A stretch of 64,000 bases of DNA, taken from positions 13,108,850 through 13,172,849 of the forward strand of contig NC_134029.1 in assembly GCF_964204645.1 (NCBI RefSeq), in the 5' to 3' direction. A program made the translations under genes and the position numbers. The notes under the pieces are model-generated. The model ran no database searches. It saw only the letters and a list, made by a program, of their open reading frames with translations, and had not been told where the DNA came from. This DNA is from Tubulanus polymorphus (Eukaryota; Animalia; Nemertea). Of this stretch, positions 13,801 through 24,500 are shown piece by piece (within the stretch, counting starts at the first letter, position 1; the number at the start of each line of letters is the position of its first letter).

Positions 13801-15050
13801 CTTCGCCACGTCTGTATGCCTCCAGATGTCTACGTAAAGAAGTACGACTAACATGGAATAATTCTGCTGCTTTCTTTTTTGAGAGACCATCTTCGCAGGC
13901 TTGAATGGCCGCCTGCATATCACCAGCATCATAGCAATTGTATGGGCGCCCACCAACTTTTATAACATAATCTCGTGGCATCCCTGAAAATAAAGACGAA
14001 AAATACTTAGATAATAAGGTATTTTGAATGTAGGTAATAATCCCACCGGTAAATATCCCCCCGGTAAAAATCCGACATGGGAAAAATCCCCCCCCCCCCC
14101 CCCAGATCAGTTTTCTATCAAACTTAAGTATAAAACCTAAATTAAAACAGATAATAGTTTTTACAATACTACTTAGGGTACGTAGATATTTCACCATTAC
14201 AAACTAGATTTCTTTATAGAAATTATCAAAACTACGATAATGTGATTTTTATGCATGTTGGTAGCTAAAAGTCACAGAATAATGTCATTTCTATGCACGT
14301 AGCTTGGTAAAAGTCACAGATTATCCAAGGTGAATATTGTGAAAAACGCCATGGAAAATGTGAAATTTTTGAAAACTATTCAAGTTTTTCAACATAAGAA
14401 TATAGAAGTATTTTTATTGAATTTTGCTGTGAAATCAAATTTGGGGGGGGGGGGGGTTACCTGTTTACCTGTTACCAGGTATTGTACTACAAAAACAAAT
14501 TTGTGATAGTATACAGTAGGCTAGATCCCAGTAGACCTACCGATGATTGCACCTTATCAGCTTATAAGGTTTAGCACATCAGTTATTATCCAAGAGTTTA
14601 TACATAGACCACTTGTTATATAGGTACAAGCGTGGGGTGACATGGCCACCGTGACCAAGTCACCCCAAAACAAGTAATTTCTTGATTACATTAAAGTATA
14701 AAATACCTTGCAGAAGATTCAATTTCTAAATTATACGTCACTAACTAACTAATTATAATGACACATAACAATTCAGTTCCAGTGCTCATGATTACAAGTT
14801 TTTCCTACCTTAATTCCTTGACTTCACAGCGTGAGTTTGCAGTCCGCCATTTTGAATATCTTCAAGTCACATGACTGGTCATGTGACTTCTTGACAATTA
14901 TCAATTTATAATACAGTACGATCATGACAATAAAACTATATCACAAAGAAAATAATAAGCACAGTTTGATTTTTTGGGTCGTGCCTTCTTAATTTTTTAT
15001 TGATTATGGTGGCCAAATCACCCCAATGGCCAAGTCACCCCACGTTACCT
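10839..15050 (-). mobile_element. pogo/Fot1-like (Tc1-mariner superfamily) DNA transposon, apparently intact
   Basis: TIR aggtaacgtggggtgacttggccat at both ends, TA TSD; removal restores the polB frame (NEY-VKDEVY). Confidence 0.95.
11876..13981 (-). CDS. pogo-like transposase (HTH_psq, CENP-B HTH, DDE_1 core, acidic tract, C-terminal barrel-like domain), ~701 aa
   Basis: FNMDETG, LYDGHNSH, QPLDVGVY motifs; likely start MPRDY at 13981 just after a ttttcag acceptor; uninterrupted ORF. Confidence 0.93.
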   Translation of the reverse strand: MPRDYVIKVGGRPYNCYDAGDMQAAIQACEDGLSKKKAAELFHVSRTSLRRHLEAYRRGEEIKKPGGQTVLTAEEEELVVHSLQILSDWGFGLDRNDIRLIVRDFIRGLGRKNQFKGDLPGLDWMRLFEERHKSKISRRIAQNFPLNRAEACSQKIVDDFFMKLEKLLDENQLLHSPGHIFNMDETGFQTDIGSKKVLCRRGDKNPHVTVGSSTKTMYTVVECCSADGNFLAPYVVYKAKNLYESWCTGGPERARYNVSDSGWMETPQFSEWFKKVFLEETKTIPGKKLLLYDGHNSHINLDVLNLAMQNDVIIFCIPAHTSSILQPLDVGVYKALKQSWRKVLNEHYVSTRFKSVDKATFPSLLNKVHQSSCMSRMNAINAFEKCGIYPLDKTKIGDELLKTSCALPETPTETVTNDNEITRTDASRSRENISVQPRDLLRSSTQFREGPSTITVTAEVHSKPPGSNVITPRPERSQNSDVLSPKSSLEKALLDHFKYSAPEPPKKRKRLDRKFAECLTVNDVVERLEQEEQKKEQKRAKKKKPNSKIRKKVNGNKENVSDSEDGNEEEPEIDDDSDDDIGQLENDSDMIGQMENMIAREYEIGKFVIAVYNQKWYVTTVLKSSPAISPTVFLKYKRWHGVNRFSSPPKDDILETCKEDILCSISESDIINVGSRFVGVTSEKLALIEKCFSKWCDEYGE

Positions 15051-15719
15051 TATGTTAAAGATGAAGTTTATATTAGAACATTGAATATTTGGAATCATTT
15101 TGGAATAAAAAATCATGGACAATTAGTAGATTTATATCTAAAGTCAGATGTATTATTATTAACTGATATATTCGCAAGGTTTAGAGATGTAAATCTAAAA
15201 TATTTTAATATTGATCCATGTCATTGTTATTCATCACCAGGTTTAACTCGGGACTGTGGTTTAAAATTTACAGATATAAAAATGGATTTATTAACAAATA
15301 TAGATCAATTATTATTATTTGAAAAATCTATAAGAGGAGGTGTTTCAGGTGTATTAGGTGATAGATAATTCAATGTAAATGATAATCTTGGATATAAGTT
15401 ACTTCTTTCTGGAGAAAAGGTATTGACAGATGGGCAATGATGGAACCTCAGCCTTATGGAGTATTTGAAATAACTGAAGTTTTACAGTATGAAAATAATG
15501 ATAAATTTGATTGGAAGAAAAGAATTCTAGATATTGCAGATGATTCAGATACTGGTTTCTTCTTCGTTGTAGACTTGGAATATCCTGAACATATTAAGTT
15601 TAAATCTAGAAATCTAGCATACTGTCCAGAACATAAAACTGTAACGCATGAAGAATTATCAAATTATCAAAAAAGAATTAAACTCGAAAATCATATTCGT
15701 ACAGAAAAGTTAATGGTTA

Positions 15720-16685
15720 ATTCATTTTCTACATGTGTTAATTGAAATATATTTGGTTCATCTTTTATAATTTCTAAACGCATATTAAAACCTAATGAAT
15801 CAATGAATTACAGAACACATTCAAACCAGATATACCACATTTTCCTTTTTGTGCAAAGGAACATTTTTTTATTCTTTGTAAATTTTTTGCGCTATCTGCA
15901 GCATAAAATCCTATAAAATTCTATTTTCTCAAATTATATTTTGCATCTAATACATAATCTGACACTATTTTTTTTCTTGAAGCATTACTTTTAACTATTG
16001 AAGAAATATACAATTTATCATTATACTTTATACAAAAATCTTTAGGATTATTTACATGTATTCTATAACATTGTGATGATTTCATTTAATCTTTGATTTT
16101 AAAATCTTTATTTGGGTAAACTTCTTCACAATATTTCTTTATTCATTCTAATAATTTTAAATCTGGATTAGATAAATACCAACAATATTTATTTCCACTA
16201 ATATATTTATATACTCCAGTGAACCATCTCCATTAAAAAAGCCTTTAAAAGCCTTTAATAAAATATTCTTTTTCTTCTAATGTTTCAGGTTCTATGATAT
16301 AAATATCGTTAATTTATTTCATCAAATGACATACGATTCATTTTTTGAAAAAATCTTATATGTAATGATTCATCTCCAATTTTTATATTTTATGTTGGTT
16401 TTATTTCATCACCATTATTTTCAATCGAACTATGATCTTCGGTAACATGAAAATATTCTTATTTCGTTCTAACTCTGTTAATTCTTTTATTTGTTTTATA
16501 CCTTATTATATTTTTTAATTGTTTACATCCATTTTTGTCCAAACATCAATTAATCAATTTATTTGTATTAATTCTTTTACACCATATGAAATATAAAGTT
16601 CATTTTGTCTAGGAATTATTTCTGAAATTCTTCGTATTAATATTTCGTTATTGTATTTTAATAATATTGGAGTATCAGCTACAGA
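15720..16685 (-). mobile_element. Degenerate LAGLIDADG-type intein in PolB motif C (Pol-c site); C-terminal splicing blocks lost
   Basis: Starts SVADTPILLK directly after HFD; block B HVTEDHS; endonuclease blocks FIKGFFNGDGS and FIGFYAADS; several stops and frameshifts; truncated at the inversion junction. Confidence 0.87.
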
Positions 16686-16865
16686 ATCAAAATGTAAAAT
16701 TTCAAAATGTTTTTTACCAAAATATGGTTGTAAAACATTGTATTAAAAATCATTCATTAATCATTTTGATATTTCTAAAACAGTTGAACCAATAAATATC
16801 GGTTTATACAATTCCATTGCCGTTCTTTTTAATATTACTGCTTTTAAATAATCTTCAAATCTTTT
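16686..16865 (-). pseudogene. Inverted Polinton polB segment immediately before motif C (N-extein)
   Basis: Minus-strand translation ...LYKPIFIGSTVLEISK*LMNDF*YNVLQPYFGKKHFEILHFD matches the KPxxxGxxVLExSK...YxD(TDS) region of pPolB. Confidence 0.88.
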
Positions 16866-17724
16866 ATTATGGACTTTCACTTTAGCAAAGTCCATTTTGT
16901 TATCGCATATGAAACTTTCTTCCTTTGGTACGAAATAAATTCAAAACGAGGCTTAGTTTCTCTTTGGAACTTTTAAAACATTCAATGCAGTAATTAAAGC
17001 TCTAACCCTATTTGAATTTCATCGGAATCCGTTGCTTATTTATCAATTTAGTTATTTATTTGTTGTTGGAACTACATTTCGTTTCGGAAAAACACATGCC
17101 CTTTTACGTATATTCATGCTTCACACACGTTCTCGTTACTGACTCGCTGCTATATGATGTATTGATCTGTGCATGTATATGAAAAGCGCGCCTCGCACGT
17201 GGCCTAGTTAATGTTTTCCTGGAAACTTAAAATGATTCAACAGCCAGGGTTCGTCGCGGCTCGCCGTGAAAAGCAATGAATTCCATAGAAGGGCAGTAAA
17301 ATTAGGAACTTGGAAATTGTTCAATTTACGATAATGAATTGTCTAACAAACTTCGTACATAGTGTATAGAAATCGTCACACCATGAACGTGGAGAGTTTC
17401 TATTTGAGTCAGTGGGGAAAACACGCTACCATGTATATTCATGATGAATGGTCATGCAGTTGTGTGTGATGGAGATCGTATCAATAGACAGATTTTCATG
17501 AAAACCTCTGGATTTAATCGAGGGGGACATCTTAAGCTTTTTTTATTATGTGGAGCACGGATTCTCTGAAATTCTGTCAAAAACTTTATGCCGAAGATAG
17601 GTAGGCCTACGCGTTTCCATATCATAATTCGAAAAAAAGACATTTTTTCGTGATATTTCCGTCCTCATTTTCGATCTAATTATCTGTATGTCTTATGATG
17701 GTTTTTTTCTGGTTCTTATTTCAG

Positions 17725-18638
17725 TAATTGACAATCATTCAAACAATTCACATCCTCGAGTCAATTGCCACGATACTCATACTCTGTCTGACTTGTCAGC
17801 TCCTTACCTCTATCCATGTATGATTGAGTACAGTTTGATAGGAGCTGCTGCCAGTTACCGCATATTTTTGAACGTCGGCAAAGCGATTGTCCGGAGAAAA
17901 GTGAGCATTGAAGAATTTACGAGTTTTCACAGCAAGGACGAGTGTCATCGGTCAACAAAGGGACTTTTCCTTGGGTTATTCATGATTCTGGTAACTCTCG
18001 TTTGTGTGGCCTTGTTCTTTGTTTTTGATCGTTCGGAATACACAAATAAAACGATATCTTCCTTAATATTTGTGTGCTCAGAAATATTCCTAAACACTAT
18101 AAGCTTTTTTGCATCGATAATTGGAATTTTTATGATAAGAAATTTAGACTTTACGGGGAAAGATGAAGATACGTTTGACGATAAGTTACTTATGATTGCT
18201 CAAGTTGGCTACTATATGCTTACAACCTTTGTTGCTCTAGCATCTGCCGATGCATTAGCTAAGTCGAAGCATATTCCGTTGTCACCTCTTTACCTCGTGA
18301 TGTCATTGATGGGTTTCCTACAAACGACTGCACAAAGTTTCTTCATCTTTGATGGTTTTAGCCGATGTGCCGCAAATGATGATCACGTAAACAGGAAACC
18401 AGGCCGATCAGTAATTACATTCTTGCTCGTGGTAAATCTCGCCATGTGGGCGACTTCAACTTTCGAAGTAAAAAAAGCTGAAGTAGCAGAACTACACGTT
18501 TCGTTTTACACATATTTGCCATGGAGTATCATCATGCATTTGTGTCTTCCGTTAGTTATATTTTACCGGTTCCATTCGAGTGTATGCTTATCTGATATTT
18601 GGCACCAGGCTTATATTAAAAGAGGAAAGATAGAATAG
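17725..18638 (+). CDS. Otopetrin-family proton channel, large terminal exon (upstream exons not identified in window)
   Basis: LYPCxIEYSLI, KGLFLG, KPGRxVITFLLVxN and PLxIFYRFHSSVCLxDIW motifs; multiple TM segments; acceptor tttcag at 17724; intact to TAG; AATAAA near 18973. Confidence 0.93.
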
Positions 18639-19814
18639 ATCTATTTTGATAGCTATTCTCTGGTAATTTGTACTCAAATACTATAAACTATAGACATTTT
18701 TTTTCGAATTTCGTAAGTTTATATTATCAGCCGGATACATTGCACGTCTTTTGTAATATTCACCGTTACGTGTCTTGTTTGTACGAGAATTCATTTGCCT
18801 AGCCATGACAACGTTTTGTACTGTATTCTCCCAATTCTCCCAATAATGTAATTTGTGAACATAAATTCGGTTTTGTCAACACGATATTCTTGCTGTGCCA
18901 TACGGTTCCCGAGCAATGAATTATAATGATTGATCGATTTTATTCATTTATAATAGTGACATATGCAGTATAAATAAATACGATGTGTATCATTACCTGT
19001 CAAAGGGTGGACTTAAACTCTACACACAAGACACAAATTCAGTTGGTATATGATAAACGATCACAGTTTAAATTATTATTCAGTACAGAAATTACAGAAA
19101 CATTACAATAAAATCTAAGTTTAAGTGAGTTCGTCTTTGTCTTTAAAAGCCACGATCACACGGACAGGATTTGAATCGGGACAAATTTGGCCCTTGCCTA
19201 ATCAGAGAGAGAGAGCGCTCACACACACAAAGCAGTCACTCGATACTAACTAATGATATAACGAAGTGAAGTGGGTCATTTCCGGTATCAGTTGCAATCC
19301 AAACGCAATCATTTGTCCAAAAATTAGGCTCGTGCCTGGTCCGACGTTTTTGGTCGGGCTAAATTTGGCCCGTGTAAAGAGATTGCCCAGCCCAAAAACG
19401 CTCGTGTGATCACGGTTATACTGTATGATGTACACGCTAATTAGTGCTGCATCCTGGGGAACTGTGAAAATAAAAAGCATTGTGATGGTACATACATATG
19501 ACTTGTTGGTGTTTATAAATCGATTTGGTTCCTGCTGTTTCGCCAGTTAATGTATTGATTGTTACGGTAATGCGTCCAGGGTTAAACCTCGTTTGGGACA
19601 ATGGAAAAAGGCATTCATGTACTACATGGGGGGAAGGAGAGTTGAAAATGTATCCTGGAGGAGGAGTTTGTTTCCTCATTCAGTCGGGATCAACGTGCAG
19701 GACCTACCCCAGCTGTTCTAGGAGGATATTCCGTTAAGTAATTTGATACGTAAATTAGACTACGTGAATTAGTTATTTCCTTCCGAAAATATTTTACATT
19801 AGTAAACAAACTCA

Positions 19815-20862
19815 CTTTTACACAACTTTTATATTTATCAAAAGATTAAGATCAAAATGATGTTATAGATACACTGGGTGATTTTAAAGTAGGTGTTAAC
19901 ACTGAGTGTTAACATCAGAAATAAACTGCCCACTCGGTGTTGGTGTTAACAACGAATGTTAGTGTGATCAACGGTGTTAGTGTTCCAGCTAGTGTTAGTG
20001 TTACATTAACACTGACCTTAATATCAAGGTAGTGTTATCTTGGTGAAAATTTCAATGGGTTTTCAATTGCAACTAACACTAACCTCTAGGCGTCAACATC
20101 AACGTCAGTTTATGGCTCTAAAAGTGTTAGCAGCCATTTTCTTCTGAAATTTTGCTGCTAAGTCAAACAAAATGATCTTTGTTCCATTTCAAGAAGTTGT
20201 TGCTGGTATTTTAAAATGTTAGAGGGCCAAATCTTGTTCGGCGTCGAGCTGCCTTCAGTACAGAGCGACCAGAGAAACACATGATGCATGAGATGTGACT
20301 GCAGTGCATGCATGCAGTGAAGAGATTCAAGGAATCATGTTTCCAGGAAACTCATGAGCTGCTGGACACAGTACTGATTGATCACAGTCATTGTTTTTTG
20401 TTATGGAAAAACATGCCTAGATTGGTGAAGTAAGATTTTTATTTACCTTCTGCCACTGATGATATTAATCCCTCCTTGATGATAAAATCAGGCTGATCTT
20501 GGCACTAACAACGGTGGTGACATCAGTGTTAACACCAACACCAGTGTTAGTGTTAACACAACACCGGTTGTTAAGTTGGTAGATATTAACACTAACACTA
20601 ACACTAACAACCAACACTAACACCAACACCGACTTTAAAATCACCCATTATATCTATGAGAATCATTATGTGTGGTTAAAACAAATTGAATTTTTTTTTA
20701 ATAGAAAATGATTATACTAATAAAATATATATACAGTGTGAGTAGAAAATGTATTACTAAATTTTATTCTGAGAGTTCTTTTATGAATCTTTCATTAAAA
20801 AATATGCGATAATCATGATTATTGTGAATTAATTTTACCAACAGAAAAAGATAATAAAATAT
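19815..20862 (+). pseudogene. Fragment of a second, diverged Polinton polB (split by a MITE)
   Basis: LYLSKD..NDVID | YENHYVWLKQIEFFF..RKC..CDNHDYCELILP parallels 8515-8745. Confidence 0.8.
19875..20647. mobile_element. MITE with taacac/gtgtta subterminal repeats
   Basis: TIR tgggtgattttaaagt(a/c)ggtgtt at both ends; no clear TSD. Confidence 0.75.
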
Positions 20863-20906
20863 GGCTGCAAAGCAGCGACAACGAGATTCTGCCTTGCTGG
20901 ATCAGA

Positions 20907-21134
20907 TGTCGTAGTTTGAGGCGTACCGTTTTTGTCAATGTCAGTTCATAGCAGTTATGTGAATGTAAATACTAGATGTAGTGTTTGCTCTGTGAAGGTT
21001 ATGTTCGGTAGTTAGCAAACCGGAAGTGTGTTTGTACAATATGGCCGATAAATAAAGTTGTTAAATTTTATTTCCTGGTTAAATCCGTTGTCATCCTCTG
21101 GACTTGGCCCACTCATCCACCACATTGGCGACGA
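20907..21134 (+). mobile_element. Gypsy-type 5' LTR (20907-21124) plus primer-binding site
   Basis: TGT...ACA 218-bp block containing AATAAA, followed by tggcgacgag PBS; continues into gag at 56026 once the 21185-55983 insertion is removed. Confidence 0.8.
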
Positions 21135-21555
21135 GGATGGGATTTAAACGTCAGGAACAGTTAGAACCGCGTAAGGTTGTTCTTTATGGAACGCGATTCA
21201 TGCAATAAACATGACCATTGTTACGACGTAGGATAATTGCTGCGCCGTAGTATATTTGCGTCGGTGTATATTTTCTCCGACGTAGGATAATTGCTGCACC
21301 GTAGTATATTTGCGACGTGTCTACTTTTCATCGCATCTATTTCGCTGCGACGTGGGTAGTTTGTAACGACGTAGCTTATTTACGTGAAGGTTCCATAGTT
21401 CACCGTATGGTGGCGCCACGGTATTATATATTCAATAAAGTTAGAATTTAATTGAATCATATCGCTCTTTTCGACGCAACATAGTACGCCACAATCCGAA
21501 ACTTTCGCGCTTTCCTTCGAATCTAATCTAATCTAATCACGCCGGTATACAAATC

Positions 21556-24500
21556 ATGGATGCAATTCTTTCCGAGTTGAAACTTGATGAAGTAATAGAA
21601 ACATTCCGGAGGGAAAATGTAAGGATAACTATTCAATATAAGGACAATAAGCCCATCCATCCAGATATATACATAGGCCTACCACTTACCACCAGTGTCG
21701 AGTGCCGCTGCCGGCGGACGATACGTTGATGGATCTGGATGGATGGATCGTCGATATGGAGAAGATCCAGACCATATCGTCGCCCGGCACGTGCACCCAC
21801 TCCCGGACGATCGTCTCCTGTTGATGGAAATGAATTGTGATATGTTAAGATCATTTTATTATTATAATGACTAATGACAGGCTAGGCAGCTTTACAAGCC
21901 TGAAGTAATGTCTTGTGACGTGTAATAAGGATGTAAACTAAGTGCTCTTCTGGCGCTGGTATTTCTCAATAACCGGTAACAACATTTTTCCAGGCGCAGA
22001 GTCTAGGCCTACTCTCTCGAAGCGGTAACATAATTGGGCTCACAGCACAAGCGAGATAATGTGTTTTGCAGAATATTTTCATTATCTTATTCAGGTAACT
22101 CCAGCAGCTGTCGTAGCAATGCTCGACACTGACCTCACCTCCATGGGAGTAACAAGAATGGGCGATCGAGCACTCCTGAAAGTGAAATGTCGGCACTTTA
22201 TATCATCAACTTGTGTTAATCGTCCAAGTGAGTAAATGGGAATTTACAATCATAAGTTGTAATAACGAGTACCAGTACTAAACCTATGCTTTAAATTTTT
22301 AGCTGTACCTATTCCGTCCTATGACATAGGCAAGGAGAGGAAAACTTTATTTACATCCAAAAAAAAGGATCCGAAAAACAAGTCGGCTATGATGAAATTA
22401 ACTTTCTTTTGTCTAGGCAATCCTGACTGTGTAAGTTATAGATTTTCATTCATATACCAGCAGTTCAGACATTGAAAAGTTAATAGGCCTATTGTAAAGC
22501 TGTTTTGATTAAAAAATACCAAAGTAACTGTACATTGTATAACTCAAGTTAATAACTTGCTTTTGCAGAAGTTATCTTCGAATTATCACTAATACGATCT
22601 GTTTCAATAATGGTTTTATTTCATTGCTTCCAGATGGTTATTCCGCATGACAGGGAAAGTAGAATTAGCCTGATACAGTCAGGATTGGGCGAGAAAACAT
22701 TGGAAATAGAAAAAGATTCAACATTCATAGAACTTCGAGGTAAATTGTTCGAAGTGTTTCCACAGTTGTCCACCGGTGGTGGTTTCGAGTTTCTTGCTGC
22801 CAGGGCAAATAAAATGTTGGAGCTGCTTGACATTGAAAGCAGCTCCATCACACCGTATGCCTTGAAGAGCCTTGTGGCTCGAGGAAAAATCTATATTCGC
22901 CCCATACAAAGAGAGATATTGTCGCAAACTACTCCAAAGGTGAGTCAATGAACTATTTTCTGCTGTTCTTATAAATGATCTTAAGTATGAATAAAATTTG
23001 TTTCTGGTTGTAGGCGGAATCAGTGAAAGAAAAGTGCTTGAAATGCGATCAGGAATTTCCACTCTCTTTGTTGAGGGAACACACTGAAAGCTGTGACGGG
23101 TATATATTTTTTCTTATTACAACGAACTTCACAGGACCAGAAAATCAGAACCCAGTTCCACAGTTGTGAGTTAAGATTTGACTCCGAGTTAAAACATTGA
23201 AAATGAACTAATTTTAACTCAGAGTTAACTCTAACTCACTACTGTGGAACCGGGTCCTGTTGGTTAAAACCAGTATAAAATTAATTTGTCTTACTTGGGT
23301 CGCAATTCTATATACATGTATGTTATCCGTATCTGATGAATTGATTTATTGTTTGTTATGATGAGGATTCCACTCTACAGATGAAAGGAATTAAATTTTT
23401 AAATATTATTCTTAAATCGCTAGTTTGATCGATGATCTACCGAAGATTTCAAATGCTGCTGCTGCAGCTGTTGCTGCTGTTAAGAGGAGCATTTCGTCTG
23501 TATGTATAGCTTGTAATATACATGTACATTGTAACAAGATGTTTCAGATTGCAGGCAATAACAGTTTATTATGTTTGTTGTATCTGCTGAATTAAAAAGT
23601 ACACTCACTAAATATTTTATCAGTGATAAGTTTTCTATAATGGACCTAAGGATTATTATTATTATGGATTACAGACAAATGATGCAGAAAGAAATCCTAA
23701 ACAAGTTCGGCCTAATTCAGCCTACAATTTCCACAGGTACGTTTCTTCAGCAGCTATATTCCATATTCGCTGTATATGTTTTACAATTCATCATCAGGTG
23801 TCAATACTACCTACCATACATGTAAATGTAAGATATTTAATGCATTATTAGTTTCATAAAAAGCCGAGATGATTGTCTTAAATGGCTTGCTTCTTTCCAG
23901 CATCCTGGACACACCCTCTGATTCTTGTACTAAATTAGCTTATATAAAATGCATAATTGGTTTTATTTTAGGCACCAGGAGTTTATTGATCTTACTACCG
24001 ATTTAGATATGATGTTTCCAGATGATGACAGTGATGCAGATTTGAATCAGGCAATTGCTAACAGCTTAGCCGAGGTGGTGGAACCACAATTGAAAGAGGA
24101 ACGGTAAGCCACGGTCGTAAACTTTTCACTGTCAACGTGAATTGTATTAAACTCAGGAAATTGAAAAACTATATTTTCTTGCATTAACATTCATAGACAA
24201 TTTCCTATCAGCTTTTCACGATGCCACATTCACACTTGTCATGGATAATCCAAATTTATTTTACAGTTACGGCATCATTATCTAAAAGAACAAAGGTAGT
24301 AGCATGGATATATTTTTGTTACCCAGTCTATATTCAGGTCTCTGCTTTTTATATGTCTATGTGTACTTTCTTAGGCTATCGGTGTGTAGATTTATTATAT
24401 ATGGTACATGTACATGCTTTCCTTCTCAATGGGGAACCCACAACACCAGCTATCTATGGAACGCGATTCACCCACCAGATGGCGACAGGTCTTCCGTTCT

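Larger units (their letters stand above)
7362..15720 (+). pseudogene. Polinton/Maverick protein-primed family B DNA polymerase (HNH/EndoVII-containing type), disrupted; segments 7362-9160, 10310-10838, 15051-15720
   Basis: N-terminal C2H2-like fingers; CFLWS..LHP, VIYGDFES (ExoI), VRDHDHLNGRFRGAAH..CN, IFHNLSGYD (ExoII), RFIDSYRF, YLKSDVLLL (ExoIII), SIRGG motifs; many stops and frameshifts; two insertions. Confidence 0.93.

Noticed and set aside
13982-14197. N-terminal 72 aa of the 773-aa ORF
   Set aside because: Runs through an intron or MITE-like G-run sequence upstream of a splice acceptor; the real start is more likely Met at 13981
18997-19740. Possible solo LTR downstream of otopetrin
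   Set aside because: Could not define matching TG...CA ends, a TSD or a partner LTR
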